DNA from: a virus
Lineage: Duplodnaviria; Caudoviricetes
DNA length: 64,000 nucleotides
Strand: one strand, 5' to 3'
IMG/VR virus record: IMGVR_UViG_3300037067_015211
Coordinates: 64,001-128,000 of that record
Position numbers and translations under genes: made by a program. Position 1 is the stretch's first letter. Each line of letters opens with the position of its first letter. Shown in pieces: positions 19,901 through 28,386 of the stretch. The notes under the pieces were generated by a model, which searched no databases, was not told where the DNA came from, and was given only the letters and a program-made list of their open reading frames with translations.

Positions 19901-20939
19901 CATCCAAAATCTTTTGTATCTTATCTTTGTCAGAAGAAAACCTTTCCAACATATCCTTTACTACCAATATATCCGGAGTGAAATTTAGTTTAGCCAACTC
20001 TTCTAACAAGGCGTTAAAAAATAGAGTAGAAAATTTTTCATTCTCTATCGAGACAAAAGTATGAAACAATGCTAAATTTATAACCCCGTCTTTCGTTAAA
20101 AAATTACTCTTAAAAAATGTAATGTAATCAAGATTATCATAAGTTACAATAAATCTATATCCGGCCATTTGAGTACATCTATTTAAAGCAAACAATATTT
20201 TTTCCGGATGCATCACCTTATTGGCAATAGCAAAGTTTAAGAGCAAAGTATTTGTTTCCACACCCCCTAACGACTCTTTATATTTTACCAACAAATCATC
20301 TAACACTCTATCGTTGGTGTATTCTTCTCCAAGAACTTCTCTGTCTTTAGATAAATCCCATGCTTCACTATATGTAGAAATGTCTGTTAAATTGTTGAAC
20401 AACAACTCTTTTGCCTTTGTGTATTGCGCGTCAGAAAATATAGTCCTATACTCTTTCATAAGAAATTTGACTCTATTCAAATCACTGGGCAAAAACTGCC
20501 CGCTATAATGAAACAATATATTTATTACAAACATTGGAATGTGCTGTTTTGGTATAAGAAACGATCTTTCACTACGTAACATTACATCAAAAAACCATCC
20601 CTTATTATCTTCATTAACATAAAATTCCATAATGGACAAAAAATTAGAGCTAAATTTTTCACTAATTTTATCTGCTATGTATTTCGGAGTGCCAGTGACA
20701 ATACATCTGGGATAATTGTATGCGGCCACTGTAGTCAAATAATCTATTTCATTGACTGGCAATTGTGACAATAAGTTTGGCTCCCCAAAAACTATTTGGG
20801 TAAAATAACTTGTTTCTAGCGCATTGATGTTGTCAAATAATTCATCATTAGGATGTTCCTCACGAAGTATTCGCGCTAGTGTAGGAATTTTACTCTCATC
20901 CGTATTCAACACTGCTTGTCGTTTATTGCTTAGTTTCAT
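16926..20939 (-). CDS. ~1337-aa paralog of 12621-16913
   Basis: C-terminal ~500 aa clearly homologous (ADLMGGKNTGG...KDDPLG...CCQ...GTGYTDF...YSDADYS); start moved to MKLSNKRQA. Confidence 0.8.
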   Translation of the reverse strand: MKLSNKRQAVLNTDESKIPTLARILREEHPNDELFDNINALETSYFTQIVFGEPNLLSQLPVNEIDYLTTVAAYNYPRCIVTGTPKYIADKISEKFSSNFLSIMEFYVNEDNKGWFFDVMLRSERSFLIPKQHIPMFVINILFHYSGQFLPSDLNRVKFLMKEYRTIFSDAQYTKAKELLFNNLTDISTYSEAWDLSKDREVLGEEYTNDRVLDDLLVKYKESLGGVETNTLLLNFAIANKVMHPEKILFALNRCTQMAGYRFIVTYDNLDYITFFKSNFLTKDGVINLALFHTFVSIENEKFSTLFFNALLEELAKLNFTPDILVVKDMLERFSSDKDKIQKILDALKLDLTLVKALWSSILYSFYYAIDKFSTSELSDYINAILDQIMRHTNIMLTDEEYKKILESAQIAEKENYFYKVIRETLKSRDIFSDENTTKSFMQYCKDNDLSAYATLITRRNVALVMGVSKENEKDMYSPVLENINRINTDSLSNFLALMFNKIRAGESNIDLKDAVITYLSRDDAEDKISMSSQFKGIYGAEFNKKMILTIIDNISVSPNSNMNDFIDFLQANNFVPTEDQFYKLLDDYAGQSYGTIYFIKLTTHKEEPIIKLDWSRIFDIYEKYEKGIIATIINSALRCGRQPVYKDLNNDLLQEQYDKYSFDKKFAYVILTGPEGNGNEIRSKDGEFSININKTNLLKSALFDKNFFHSPLWGNYYRKSSGVATLSFEEKNLILKAGIRNHDPIYVLDSWNLDEPEREKLLANLANYSVNFNEYDDREAWFEKSKVVDTINLATKINNLNVPKPESNLYSEDVKNKLFNDEANSIKDIVGENPIDALADLMGGKNTGGLKKIKIVYNAQLKRNTSLHDIAVALQGENFQNATKDKQFGNLVLSYLVRRADYQIFADLVSAAAKIPVYMGQKRASIEADLKQQDKDALIQISGPKELKKLVDEEMKKVKLPSVVELLKVDTNVAVDTADTPLSIHKNTMYKYSESSKESIDEFVERLSRDTAFGDVEMASIKPLQKVYTVDGHKYRLEILRKDDPLGLVLGERLLTSCCQKLGGAGQTAMERGYLSPNHAFSVLYREGDEIPVSQGILYYHTENPTNKLVIVDKDTEKYQELSKLEISPYRAFSTKEYYFDENIDGESVIGWYGLMWNEDKKAILLVKPADNYLLFDSIEFHDMFVKDDDDEDDVQEGQSLAANYLYYKSGKTINTGDLKWQDISLDKTKEQIETAWKLFAKDLRDMYKCRMVSMGTGYTDFNIDGLPETPENRYVNTTGKYQYSDADYSLDSKHTVRLAKKDIVLSIAKEVAAPEVQKFFIGEKKKKKKIELSKN

Positions 20940-21360
20940 TTTTTTTGATCCTATCAATTGCCTTGACCAAATCCAATATCGAAAACCATCGTATATCGTT
21001 CTTCTTCTCGTCGAACCACCACGTACTCAAATTACTTTGCTTCATATCCACCCACGCCAAATAGTGCAAACTAACCTCACACAAAAGAGCGTCCCAGTTG
21101 TCATTTTTTCCGGGCAACATGAATACATCTTCTTTTGTTCTAGGTGGCTCCATGTTCCCGCTTAAAAGAAAATGATTAAGCGCAATCCACACACTCCCCT
21201 GTATCGTCACAGGATCGCCCAAATCACTAGATATCCCATCATAGAATATTTGCATATCGTAATACAAATCGACACATTTTTCAACATACTCCATAAACTT
21301 ATTAAAGTCTTTGTAGCAAATAAGTTCCGTGATCTTCATGGGGATACTATCCGTGGACAT
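20923..21360 (-). CDS. Hypothetical protein
   Basis: SD AAGGA; packed in the run. Confidence 0.6.
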   Translation of the reverse strand: MSTDSIPMKITELICYKDFNKFMEYVEKCVDLYYDMQIFYDGISSDLGDPVTIQGSVWIALNHFLLSGNMEPPRTKEDVFMLPGKNDNWDALLCEVSLHYLAWVDMKQSNLSTWWFDEKKNDIRWFSILDLVKAIDRIKKNETKQ

Positions 21361-21415
21361 AGCACATCCTTAAAAATGGTGTCTTAAGGATAATAGTATA
21401 ATGGAAGGAGATTAT

Positions 21416-21673
21416 TTAATCTAGTGAGTTTTGAGTGAGAATATTTTCATCAAACTTGAAGGAATCCCAAACATCTTTGTCCAATATCTCAATCCCACAT
21501 ATCTGATTGCCCTCGCCCATATCGGCGTAAATTTCGTCCGCGACCACTTCTGCCGTTCTGGTAACATCCTTTTTGAGCAACCTGATATACCCAGCCATAA
21601 ACTCCCCATCGTCATCACGCTGTACGCTTATGATAAGACTGGCATTTTCTCGACAAATTATTTTGCTTTGCAT
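21416..21673 (-). CDS. DUF2283-like protein
   Basis: AGYIRL...TAEV..EIYADM..GNQICGIEILD. Confidence 0.6.
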   Translation of the reverse strand: MQSKIICRENASLIISVQRDDDGEFMAGYIRLLKKDVTRTAEVVADEIYADMGEGNQICGIEILDKDVWDSFKFDENILTQNSLD

Positions 21674-21686
21674 AAGAGTATAATAG

Positions 21687-22370
21687 CTAAATTTTCATTA
21701 AATATTTATTTGCAAAATATTCATTGGCCTTGCTGGACCCATGATAGGCATTGCTCTCGTCTATTACCAGCATGGGATCGTTGGTGTTGTAGCCTAAACC
21801 ACCTACCATAGTGTCCAAGTTAGCCGCTGACCTGTTCCGCTTCCACTCGGCCAAGACGATATCCCTGTATTCGTCGTCCAAAAAGAATTGGGCATGCTTA
21901 AACTCGTGCTTAAATAGTCCGTCTATTTTGCCACCATTCTCAATGGCTTTTTTAATGGAATCGCCCATAGTTACTATGAGATAATATTTGGGAAGATCAT
22001 AATTGGCTTGAAACCAAAGTAGGACATCCCGCAGAAGCATTTCTACTGTGTTCAAAAAGCGTCCGCTCTTCCCGTCATCAAACAATTTGTAAAATTTATC
22101 AATCGTATCTGAAGATACATTCCACCCACACCAATCAGTCGCGTAGGTGAATTCCTCATTGCCAGATTGTTTTGTATACCAATCTTTGTATTCGTCTAGT
22201 GTAAAATATTTGCCTGCAAATTCAGGGGATTCTTGAAACTCAGAGAGTCTAGTAATTAGTGGGCCAATTATGACGGGATCATCGACGGCAATATAAATTA
22301 CGTTCCTATCGACTAGGTAAATCTCGCCCATTTCTCGAAAAGACGTAATGTATTCCCATTCAAACTTCAT
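21687..22370 (-). CDS. HExxH metallopeptidase-like protein
   Basis: FKHEFKHAQF...DE motif. Start moved to ATG 22370 because the longer ORF overlaps tRNA-Leu. Confidence 0.65.
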   Translation of the reverse strand: MKFEWEYITSFREMGEIYLVDRNVIYIAVDDPVIIGPLITRLSEFQESPEFAGKYFTLDEYKDWYTKQSGNEEFTYATDWCGWNVSSDTIDKFYKLFDDGKSGRFLNTVEMLLRDVLLWFQANYDLPKYYLIVTMGDSIKKAIENGGKIDGLFKHEFKHAQFFLDDEYRDIVLAEWKRNRSAANLDTMVGGLGYNTNDPMLVIDESNAYHGSSKANEYFANKYLMKI

Positions 22371-22420
22371 ATTCGCTCTCCCAACCGTCAAATATTGTTT
22401 GACAGTTGCGTTAAATTCAG

Positions 22421-22505
22421 TGTCCGAGGTGGGATTTGAACCCACAATGGGCTGACGCCCGACGGGGCTTAAACCCGTTGCCTTTGCCAGTTTGGCCACT
22501 CGGAC
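22421..22505 (-). tRNA. tRNA-Leu(TAA)
   Basis: ACGGG-TT TAA GC-CCCGT; long variable arm; T-loop TTCAAAT. Confidence 0.9.
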
Positions 22506-22507
22506 GG

Positions 22508-22582
22508 CACCGCCGGTAGGGTATGATCCTACAAACTTTCGGGTTAGAAACCCGATACTCTATCCATTTGAGTTACGGCGGT
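22508..22582 (-). tRNA. tRNA-Arg(TCT), atypical T-loop
   Basis: Acceptor ACCGCCG/CGGCGGT; TCGGG-TT TCT AA-CCCGA; T-arm GTAGG-ATCATAC-CCTAC. Confidence 0.85.
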
Positions 22583-22605
22583 ATTTTTTCAATGAACCAA
22601 ATAGA

Positions 22606-23496
22606 TTATATGTACAATTTGCCCGTTGTCAAGCGTCTTTTTGTGTATTTTTTCTTGCACTTAACACATAAATCCCCGTCTGGGCCACGATATCTTCGAT
22701 GTAGCCACTCCCCACACTTTACGCACTGATATCGGAATATACCCTTAGCTTCCATCTTAGGCCCAGCAAACTTCGTGCTCCCATTAAAAAGGAGTGCATC
22801 ATCTGGAATTAGCCCATGATTTGCAAACAAATGTTTTGTCAAATCGGAAAGTTGCTTATATTTTTTTTCACACAATGGACAATGATAATTTTTTATCCTC
22901 TCTCTTGGAACACCCTCATGCATTGTGTGAAGATGTCTCTTATACAATCTCTTTTGAATCTTCGCCCCGCACACTTCACATGTTACGTACACCCCCTTTT
23001 TCTCATGTACATATTTCACATGTTCATCTCGTGTCCATTTTTTATTAAACACCCTTCCACATATTTTACATGTATAAAAAACTTTATGCAATTTTTCATG
23101 ATTGTTTTTTGCGCCCCTTGATCCTAATTCTTTCCCACATATAGAGCATTTATATTTTCTATCTAAAAAATGCTCCTTGCGCATATGCGTTTCAAGTCTT
23201 CCTCTTGATGCAAATATTTGTTGACACAAATAACATTTGTAATTTTTTTGATGCCGTTTAATATGTTCTTTTATTTTGACAATAAATTTACCACATATAG
23301 GGCACTTCTTCTTTTTCTTCGGTCCATGAACATATTTTTTATGACTCCAAAGACCATCATAATCGGCAAATCTTTTTCTGCATATATTACATTCATATTT
23401 CAGTTTATCATAATGTTTTTCCATATAATGATTTGACAAATGAGCCGGGCAATAAAATTTTTCTCCACAAAATTTACAAACATATTCATACTTCAT
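22606..23496 (-). CDS. Tandem C2H2 zinc-finger protein (8 fingers plus C-terminal Cys4)
   Basis: Eight CxxC...HxxxH/HxxxxH units, then CVKC...CVKC. Confidence 0.88.
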   Translation of the reverse strand: MKYEYVCKFCGEKFYCPAHLSNHYMEKHYDKLKYECNICRKRFADYDGLWSHKKYVHGPKKKKKCPICGKFIVKIKEHIKRHQKNYKCYLCQQIFASRGRLETHMRKEHFLDRKYKCSICGKELGSRGAKNNHEKLHKVFYTCKICGRVFNKKWTRDEHVKYVHEKKGVYVTCEVCGAKIQKRLYKRHLHTMHEGVPRERIKNYHCPLCEKKYKQLSDLTKHLFANHGLIPDDALLFNGSTKFAGPKMEAKGIFRYQCVKCGEWLHRRYRGPDGDLCVKCKKKYTKRRLTTGKLYI

Positions 23497-24370
23497 TGAT
23501 TCGGACTTCCTTGATATCTACGATCTTTCCATCTCTTCGGACAATCATTTCCAGCCAGCCACACGGAGACGGTTTCATGCCCTTGGAAATAGCATAGTTC
23601 CAACGATTATAGAGAGTAGCATCTAACATATCGCCTGTGATGCAAAGCCATGCGGTATGATCGTCCATTACTTCCGTGTCGTAATTCGGAATGAAGTCGT
23701 CCTTTTTAACAGCCTTTAGGTCGTGCATATGCCCAGAAAAAGCGGCCTGAATTTTGTGGAACTTGCCATTGTCCACAATGAAGCCGCCCCTATCTTGTAA
23801 GAATTCTCTTACTACTTTGATTTTACTATCTGCTCTAACCGCATTGGAACTACCATGTTTGCCGATAAAATATACGTCTTTGTATTTTTTGTTGTTCAAG
23901 GATAGCGTAAGCTTCACATCGGCCTCGACGCCCATGTATTTGCCACGCCAGCCATTGCATGTATTCATATCATCCAAAAACTCATGGACTACCCTATGGC
24001 CCTTGGCATGCATCTTGGCCTCATGGTTGCCGATAAAAAATCCAAGCACATGCTTTGCAATCGGCTTAAATAATTTTTTAAGCAACCTTTTTTGGTCAGT
24101 AACATCCATTTGGGCTTCAGTTGTTGCATCTTCTGCAATATCTACTGTGCAGAGATTAAATCTCTTATCATCGGGCAAAATGCACTCCATCATATCCCCG
24201 TAGGAGTAAATTCCTTTTACGCCCTTTACTGATTTTACTCTATCAGTAAATGCTTCCATCCCGTCAATTCTAGCACAACAATTGCCAATGTGCCAGTCCC
24301 CAGTATGAAAAATCGTTGCATACTCGGCTGTTCCCATGTAGATCGTGTTTTCAATAAGTTTTCTTGACAT
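23486..24370 (-). CDS. Calcineurin-like metallophosphoesterase
   Basis: GDWH, GDMME, GNHE, KHG, GHMH motifs. Confidence 0.85.
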   Translation of the reverse strand: MSRKLIENTIYMGTAEYATIFHTGDWHIGNCCARIDGMEAFTDRVKSVKGVKGIYSYGDMMECILPDDKRFNLCTVDIAEDATTEAQMDVTDQKRLLKKLFKPIAKHVLGFFIGNHEAKMHAKGHRVVHEFLDDMNTCNGWRGKYMGVEADVKLTLSLNNKKYKDVYFIGKHGSSNAVRADSKIKVVREFLQDRGGFIVDNGKFHKIQAAFSGHMHDLKAVKKDDFIPNYDTEVMDDHTAWLCITGDMLDATLYNRWNYAISKGMKPSPCGWLEMIVRRDGKIVDIKEVRINEV

Positions 24371-24379
24371 TTTTTTCTC

Positions 24380-26356
24380 CTAAATGATTCCCATACCGCC
24401 GCCGCTTCTTGGTCTGATATTTCCTCTACCAGCCCTTTGCGGCTTAGATGATTCTCCACGATTCGCCAACTCGTTAAATCCCCCCACCCCTATAATACCC
24501 TTGGCAACTCTCGGCCTTGGCGGTGCCTCTGGAGCGTCTCCTGCTAAAATTTCTTCCACCACCCTAGCCACACATTCAATTTCGTCGTCAGTGGCCCCAA
24601 TCGATTTTTCAATTACAGTTCCCTTGTCTTCCAATCTTTCCGCTTCCCAAAGCAATTGATTGTCGTAAAAAATATCTAACCTTTGCCCATACCATAATTC
24701 CTTCAAACAGTTGAATGAGACAACGGTGGGCCGCTTCTTTTCACAAAGCATCCCCAACGAATTAAAATCCTGAATTGTTTCTGTCGATTGATATTGGTCT
24801 AAAGTTATCTTGTTAAAACGAAACTGAAAGCCCCGCTTTTGCAATAGGTTGATGAAAAACTTCTTGACATCCTTTATCCTAATTTCTTTGACTCCATTTG
24901 ACACAAATGATGCCGACAAATCAATAATTGCCGTTTTAAAACCAACTCCATCTATCGTTACATCCGGCCCCCTATGGCCTACACACAGCCCAACATGGTC
25001 GTTTATGGTAGCTAGGTCGATGTGAGCATAGTACCTAACGCTAGGATCATCATCGGCAAAAAAACTACCGTCTAACATCTGCCATGCGTCATTCGGATAA
25101 AACGGCAATAATTTGCCTTCAGGAGAAATAGGATTAGGCAATGGATCCACCCTAGCCCTGTTAATGTTTTCTTTAATCCTGTCCAGTTCCTTGAAAAATC
25201 TGCTAATAGCCATAGCGGGAATTGAAGCATTATTTCTCAAAAACCGCTCTGGATTATCTCGATATTCCGCTTCCAATGATTTGGGGACATCTAGTTCATA
25301 TACAATCTTTTCCCCCTTACGGTCTTCCCTCATTATGGAAATGTGAAATGTATGCCCGGCGTCAATATCAGGCTGATATTTGGGGTTTACTTCCCACGAT
25401 GGGTGTCGGCGTATCATGACCTTGCCATGAGGAACGCTAATAGGCGTATCTTTAATCCGATCCTTGGCAAACTCTTTGTATTCATTCTTATATCTACACT
25501 CTGCTTCAAACATGAATTCTTCAAAATACCTTGCTTCTGTCCCAGCCGTAGAAGTGCAGATTACCAGCCCTTTACACGCCGCATATTCGAAACGAGATTT
25601 TCTACGGTTGTTTACCATATAAAAAATATCTTGAAACAAATCTTCTGTTTTTGTGATAAAACAATCGTCAGCCGCGCATTCATCTACCCCGCAGAATAAA
25701 AGGTTAAAACCAGTAGGGGCAGATTTAAGAGAAGATTCGGCTGGCATAATTTCAAGTTCAGGGTAGCCCTTGAATTTAATTCTGCTCGTAACTTGTGGGT
25801 CAATTACAAATCCATTGCGTTCAAACCATTTGCATTTATTCACATTAGTATACAAGCCGGAGAATACAATGTCCTTGGCCTTATTGGCAGTCGGCCCTAC
25901 GTTCATAAAGGCAAATTTGCTTCCCTGCATCTGACCATAAAAGGTACACATTGATTTGAGATGTAGATTCCATAGCAAGAAATAGTATTCAGCTAGATAG
26001 GCAAATGTTGATTTACCGGCACCGAAGCCAGCATTGAAGAAAAATATTTCAGATATAGGCGCGTAATCTTCGCCTGAAAAAAGTATCTTTAAGTTTTCTA
26101 TGATCTTGGGGAATATTTCTTTTTCGTTACAGTTAAGGTAATTTTTCCCAAATATGGCCTCTTCAGGGGATGGTGGTCTTTCTTTCCATGTGGCGTTCTT
26201 AGAATTTTTAATGACAATATTGTTTGATAGATCGGCCACTTCGGATTTTTTGCTACTAATAAGCGCATCCAAATTAATTTTGCCCTTGATACCCAAAGCC
26301 TTTGTAATATCGGGCTTGTTGATGTTTGGGAGCGATTTCGGAGCGCGACGACCCAT
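24380..26356 (-). CDS. terL: Terminase large subunit
   Basis: Walker A GFGAGKST, Walker B CGVDE, C-motif CTST, RNase H-like HIDLA / ITLDQYQS / DDEIECVA. Confidence 0.85.
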   Translation of the reverse strand: MGRRAPKSLPNINKPDITKALGIKGKINLDALISSKKSEVADLSNNIVIKNSKNATWKERPPSPEEAIFGKNYLNCNEKEIFPKIIENLKILFSGEDYAPISEIFFFNAGFGAGKSTFAYLAEYYFLLWNLHLKSMCTFYGQMQGSKFAFMNVGPTANKAKDIVFSGLYTNVNKCKWFERNGFVIDPQVTSRIKFKGYPELEIMPAESSLKSAPTGFNLLFCGVDECAADDCFITKTEDLFQDIFYMVNNRRKSRFEYAACKGLVICTSTAGTEARYFEEFMFEAECRYKNEYKEFAKDRIKDTPISVPHGKVMIRRHPSWEVNPKYQPDIDAGHTFHISIMREDRKGEKIVYELDVPKSLEAEYRDNPERFLRNNASIPAMAISRFFKELDRIKENINRARVDPLPNPISPEGKLLPFYPNDAWQMLDGSFFADDDPSVRYYAHIDLATINDHVGLCVGHRGPDVTIDGVGFKTAIIDLSASFVSNGVKEIRIKDVKKFFINLLQKRGFQFRFNKITLDQYQSTETIQDFNSLGMLCEKKRPTVVSFNCLKELWYGQRLDIFYDNQLLWEAERLEDKGTVIEKSIGATDDEIECVARVVEEILAGDAPEAPPRPRVAKGIIGVGGFNELANRGESSKPQRAGRGNIRPRSGGGMGII

Positions 26357-26553
26357 TATTTAATGCTCCGCTTTAAATCGTCTATTGAGGTTTCTAGGCT
26401 ATCGATTTTCATCTTAAGATCATTAATTTGTTGCGCCACGGCAACCAAACCGCTCATGCTAGACAGAATAGTTTCGAAGTTTGCATTTAACTTTTTTATT
26501 TCATCTCTTACGGCATTAAATGCATTTATCACTTGTTTGTTGTCAACTGTCAT
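26356..26553 (-). CDS. Small coiled-coil protein
   Basis: Heptad pattern; coupled to terL. Confidence 0.6.
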   Translation of the reverse strand: MTVDNKQVINAFNAVRDEIKKLNANFETILSSMSGLVAVAQQINDLKMKIDSLETSIDDLKRSIK

Positions 26554-26595
26554 ACATACACCTTAAAACATCATAGGGGATTTTTGCGTCTTTAT

Positions 26596-27132
26596 CTAAA
26601 CCGAGTCAATTCGGCATACCTTGATCTTCGCCGCCTTCAGCATCTTCTTGGCAAACTCAAAGTTGTACAAACTTTCTCTTTCAGACTTTAGAGTTTCTTT
26701 ATCGCCTGAGCAATAAATTGTTTTGATGCCAGCATTGATAATTGCCTTGCAACATTCAATACAAGGAACGCCACATGTTAAATAAAGTGTTGCTCCATTC
26801 GTTTTTCTCCCATATCTAGCCGCGTAGACAATTGCATTCTGCTCTGCATGATGGGCCAAACAATATTGCATTGCCTCACCAGATCGTTTAATGCCCAATC
26901 GTTTTCTAATACAGCCGTTTTCAACCGTATCGTTTTTGTTGGTATTAAAATCTAGCCATCCGTCTATAACACCATGATTTGAACAGTCTCCAATTTCAGA
27001 AGGAGGGCCATTATGTCCTATGCCGATAATCTCCCCATCATTTACCAGCACGGCACCAATTTTCCTAGAATAACAATTGCTTTCTTGAGCAAAATATTTT
27101 GCCCACATAATATACCATCTTGCAGTATTCAT
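26596..27132 (-). CDS. dCMP deaminase
   Basis: SNC..RKIGAVLV...GHNG, HAEQNAI, PCIEC. Start moved to ATG 27132, at the edge of the IS. Confidence 0.9.
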   Translation of the reverse strand: MNTARWYIMWAKYFAQESNCYSRKIGAVLVNDGEIIGIGHNGPPSEIGDCSNHGVIDGWLDFNTNKNDTVENGCIRKRLGIKRSGEAMQYCLAHHAEQNAIVYAARYGRKTNGATLYLTCGVPCIECCKAIINAGIKTIYCSGDKETLKSERESLYNFEFAKKMLKAAKIKVCRIDSV

Positions 27133-27189
27133 AAATTTTTGAGGCAAGGAAACCGCCACCCTTGTGGTGGCGGAGGAATTGCCTCCCTC

Positions 27190-28182
27190 CTATCTAAAAC
27201 TACTATATGTCAAAAACCGAGTACATTCAACTCTGGCGTTTTGTGTCAACCGTTTTCCTGTCTTCAAATCGTGCAAACTCAACCTGTTTTTTAAACTACC
27301 TCCAACATAACATAAACCAAATTTCTCATTCTTAACCAGACTACCTTTCTTGAAACCCAAACTCATTGTGCCACCATATCGTTTTCTTTCGCTGCCAGTG
27401 TCGGGTTGAAAACGATGCAATTGTCTTCTGTGAAATCGTATCGGAACCATCCTTTTGATTTTTGTATTGTCGGGTTTTGTATGACCTCCGATTAACCAAT
27501 TTGCCAACACCCAAGAATCAACATTATGAGCGTCAAAAGATTCCAACATCTTATTTTTTGTTTTCTTCAACCCAAGATTATTTCTCATTTCAAACGTTTC
27601 GTATCCTTGTCTTGTTTCGAGATTGCCGAGTTTCTTCAATTCCGAGTAAAACCATTCTTTCCCAACCTCCAATGGGCTGAATGATTTGTTCCACTTCTTT
27701 TGACCCGTTTTTGTCTTCGCCTTGATGTTCTCAACAACATAATCGGTGATGGGAAAAACTCTTTTAAGACGATTCACGATTCTTAATTTCAATTGCCATC
27801 TCGCTTTTGTCGATGGTGCAAGATAACATCTTGCTCTATTTTTTCTGTTTTGACGACATGGTGTCTTCCGTTGTCGTCTACTTCTTCGAGCGTTTCGTTT
27901 GCTTTCAATAGCATCCTTAACCCAAGTCACAGCATCAGAAAGCACGTTCAGATAAGTATGACTTTCTGACTTGACTGTAAATGCTTCTCGTTTACTACCG
28001 GGGTCAATGCCAACCACGATATCCTGTTTCTTAGTGTCGCTTGGTTCTTGGTTCAATCGAACACAAAATATTCCGTTACTCCAAAACGGCGTTGCTTTGT
28101 TTTTCTTAATCCATTGTGCCACTCGCCAATTTGTGGTTGGCATAAGTTGTTGATTTTTAAAATCGACAACCGGAACAAACAT
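27190..28182 (-). CDS. isrB: IsrB RNA-guided nickase (RRXRR family, no HNH)
   Basis: PLMP-like QLMPT, RuvC-I GIDPG, Arg-rich bridge helix RRSRRQRK, RuvC-II VVEN, RuvC-III HNVDS; 330 aa with no HNH. Confidence 0.85.
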   Translation of the reverse strand: MFVPVVDFKNQQLMPTTNWRVAQWIKKNKATPFWSNGIFCVRLNQEPSDTKKQDIVVGIDPGSKREAFTVKSESHTYLNVLSDAVTWVKDAIESKRNARRSRRQRKTPCRQNRKNRARCYLAPSTKARWQLKLRIVNRLKRVFPITDYVVENIKAKTKTGQKKWNKSFSPLEVGKEWFYSELKKLGNLETRQGYETFEMRNNLGLKKTKNKMLESFDAHNVDSWVLANWLIGGHTKPDNTKIKRMVPIRFHRRQLHRFQPDTGSERKRYGGTMSLGFKKGSLVKNEKFGLCYVGGSLKNRLSLHDLKTGKRLTQNARVECTRFLTYSSFR

Positions 28183-28189
28183 CTATACA

Positions 28190-28386
28190 TTCCTTAAAAA
28201 TGGCGTTTATTTTCTATAAGACGGAAAACGCCGTCAAAACCTTGTTGTATACATCCCTTCGACACTGACTCACAGAGGGAAAGAGAACTAGGGAAGCATC
28301 CTCAATGTCTTTTGGACTACCACGTCCAGTGAGTTCAGTTACAAACTGTCTAGTCAATCAGTCGCCCTTAAAAATCGGTGGTTGGT
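28190..28386 (-). ncRNA. Putative omega-RNA scaffold of IsrB
   Basis: ~200-nt non-coding leader with GACTAG...CTGGACGTGGTAGTCCAAAAGAC...GGATGCTTCCCTAGT...GTCGAAGGG elements typical of OMEGA leaders. Confidence 0.65.

Larger units (their letters stand above)
27133..28386 (-). mobile_element. IS200/IS605-superfamily non-autonomous IsrB element (omega-RNA + isrB)
   Basis: 5' end ACCAACCACC...TTGACTAG resembles GTCAACTACC-type OMEGA ends. 3' end GCAATTCCT-CCGCCACC-ACAAG-GGTGGCGG-TTTCCTTGC is a hairpin. No tnpA. Boundaries +/- a few nt. Confidence 0.75.

Noticed and set aside
22371-22499. N-terminal extension of ORF 21687-22499
   Set aside because: It overlaps tRNA-Leu; the ATG at 22370 has its own SD (GGGAG).
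27133-27159. dCMP deaminase start at 27159
   Set aside because: It lies inside the IS right-end hairpin; ATG 27132 fits the reconstructed empty site.
27190-28182. IscB, Cas9 or TnpB
   Set aside because: No HNH domain and no C-terminal zinc ribbon; PLMP-like N-terminus and 330-aa size fit IsrB.
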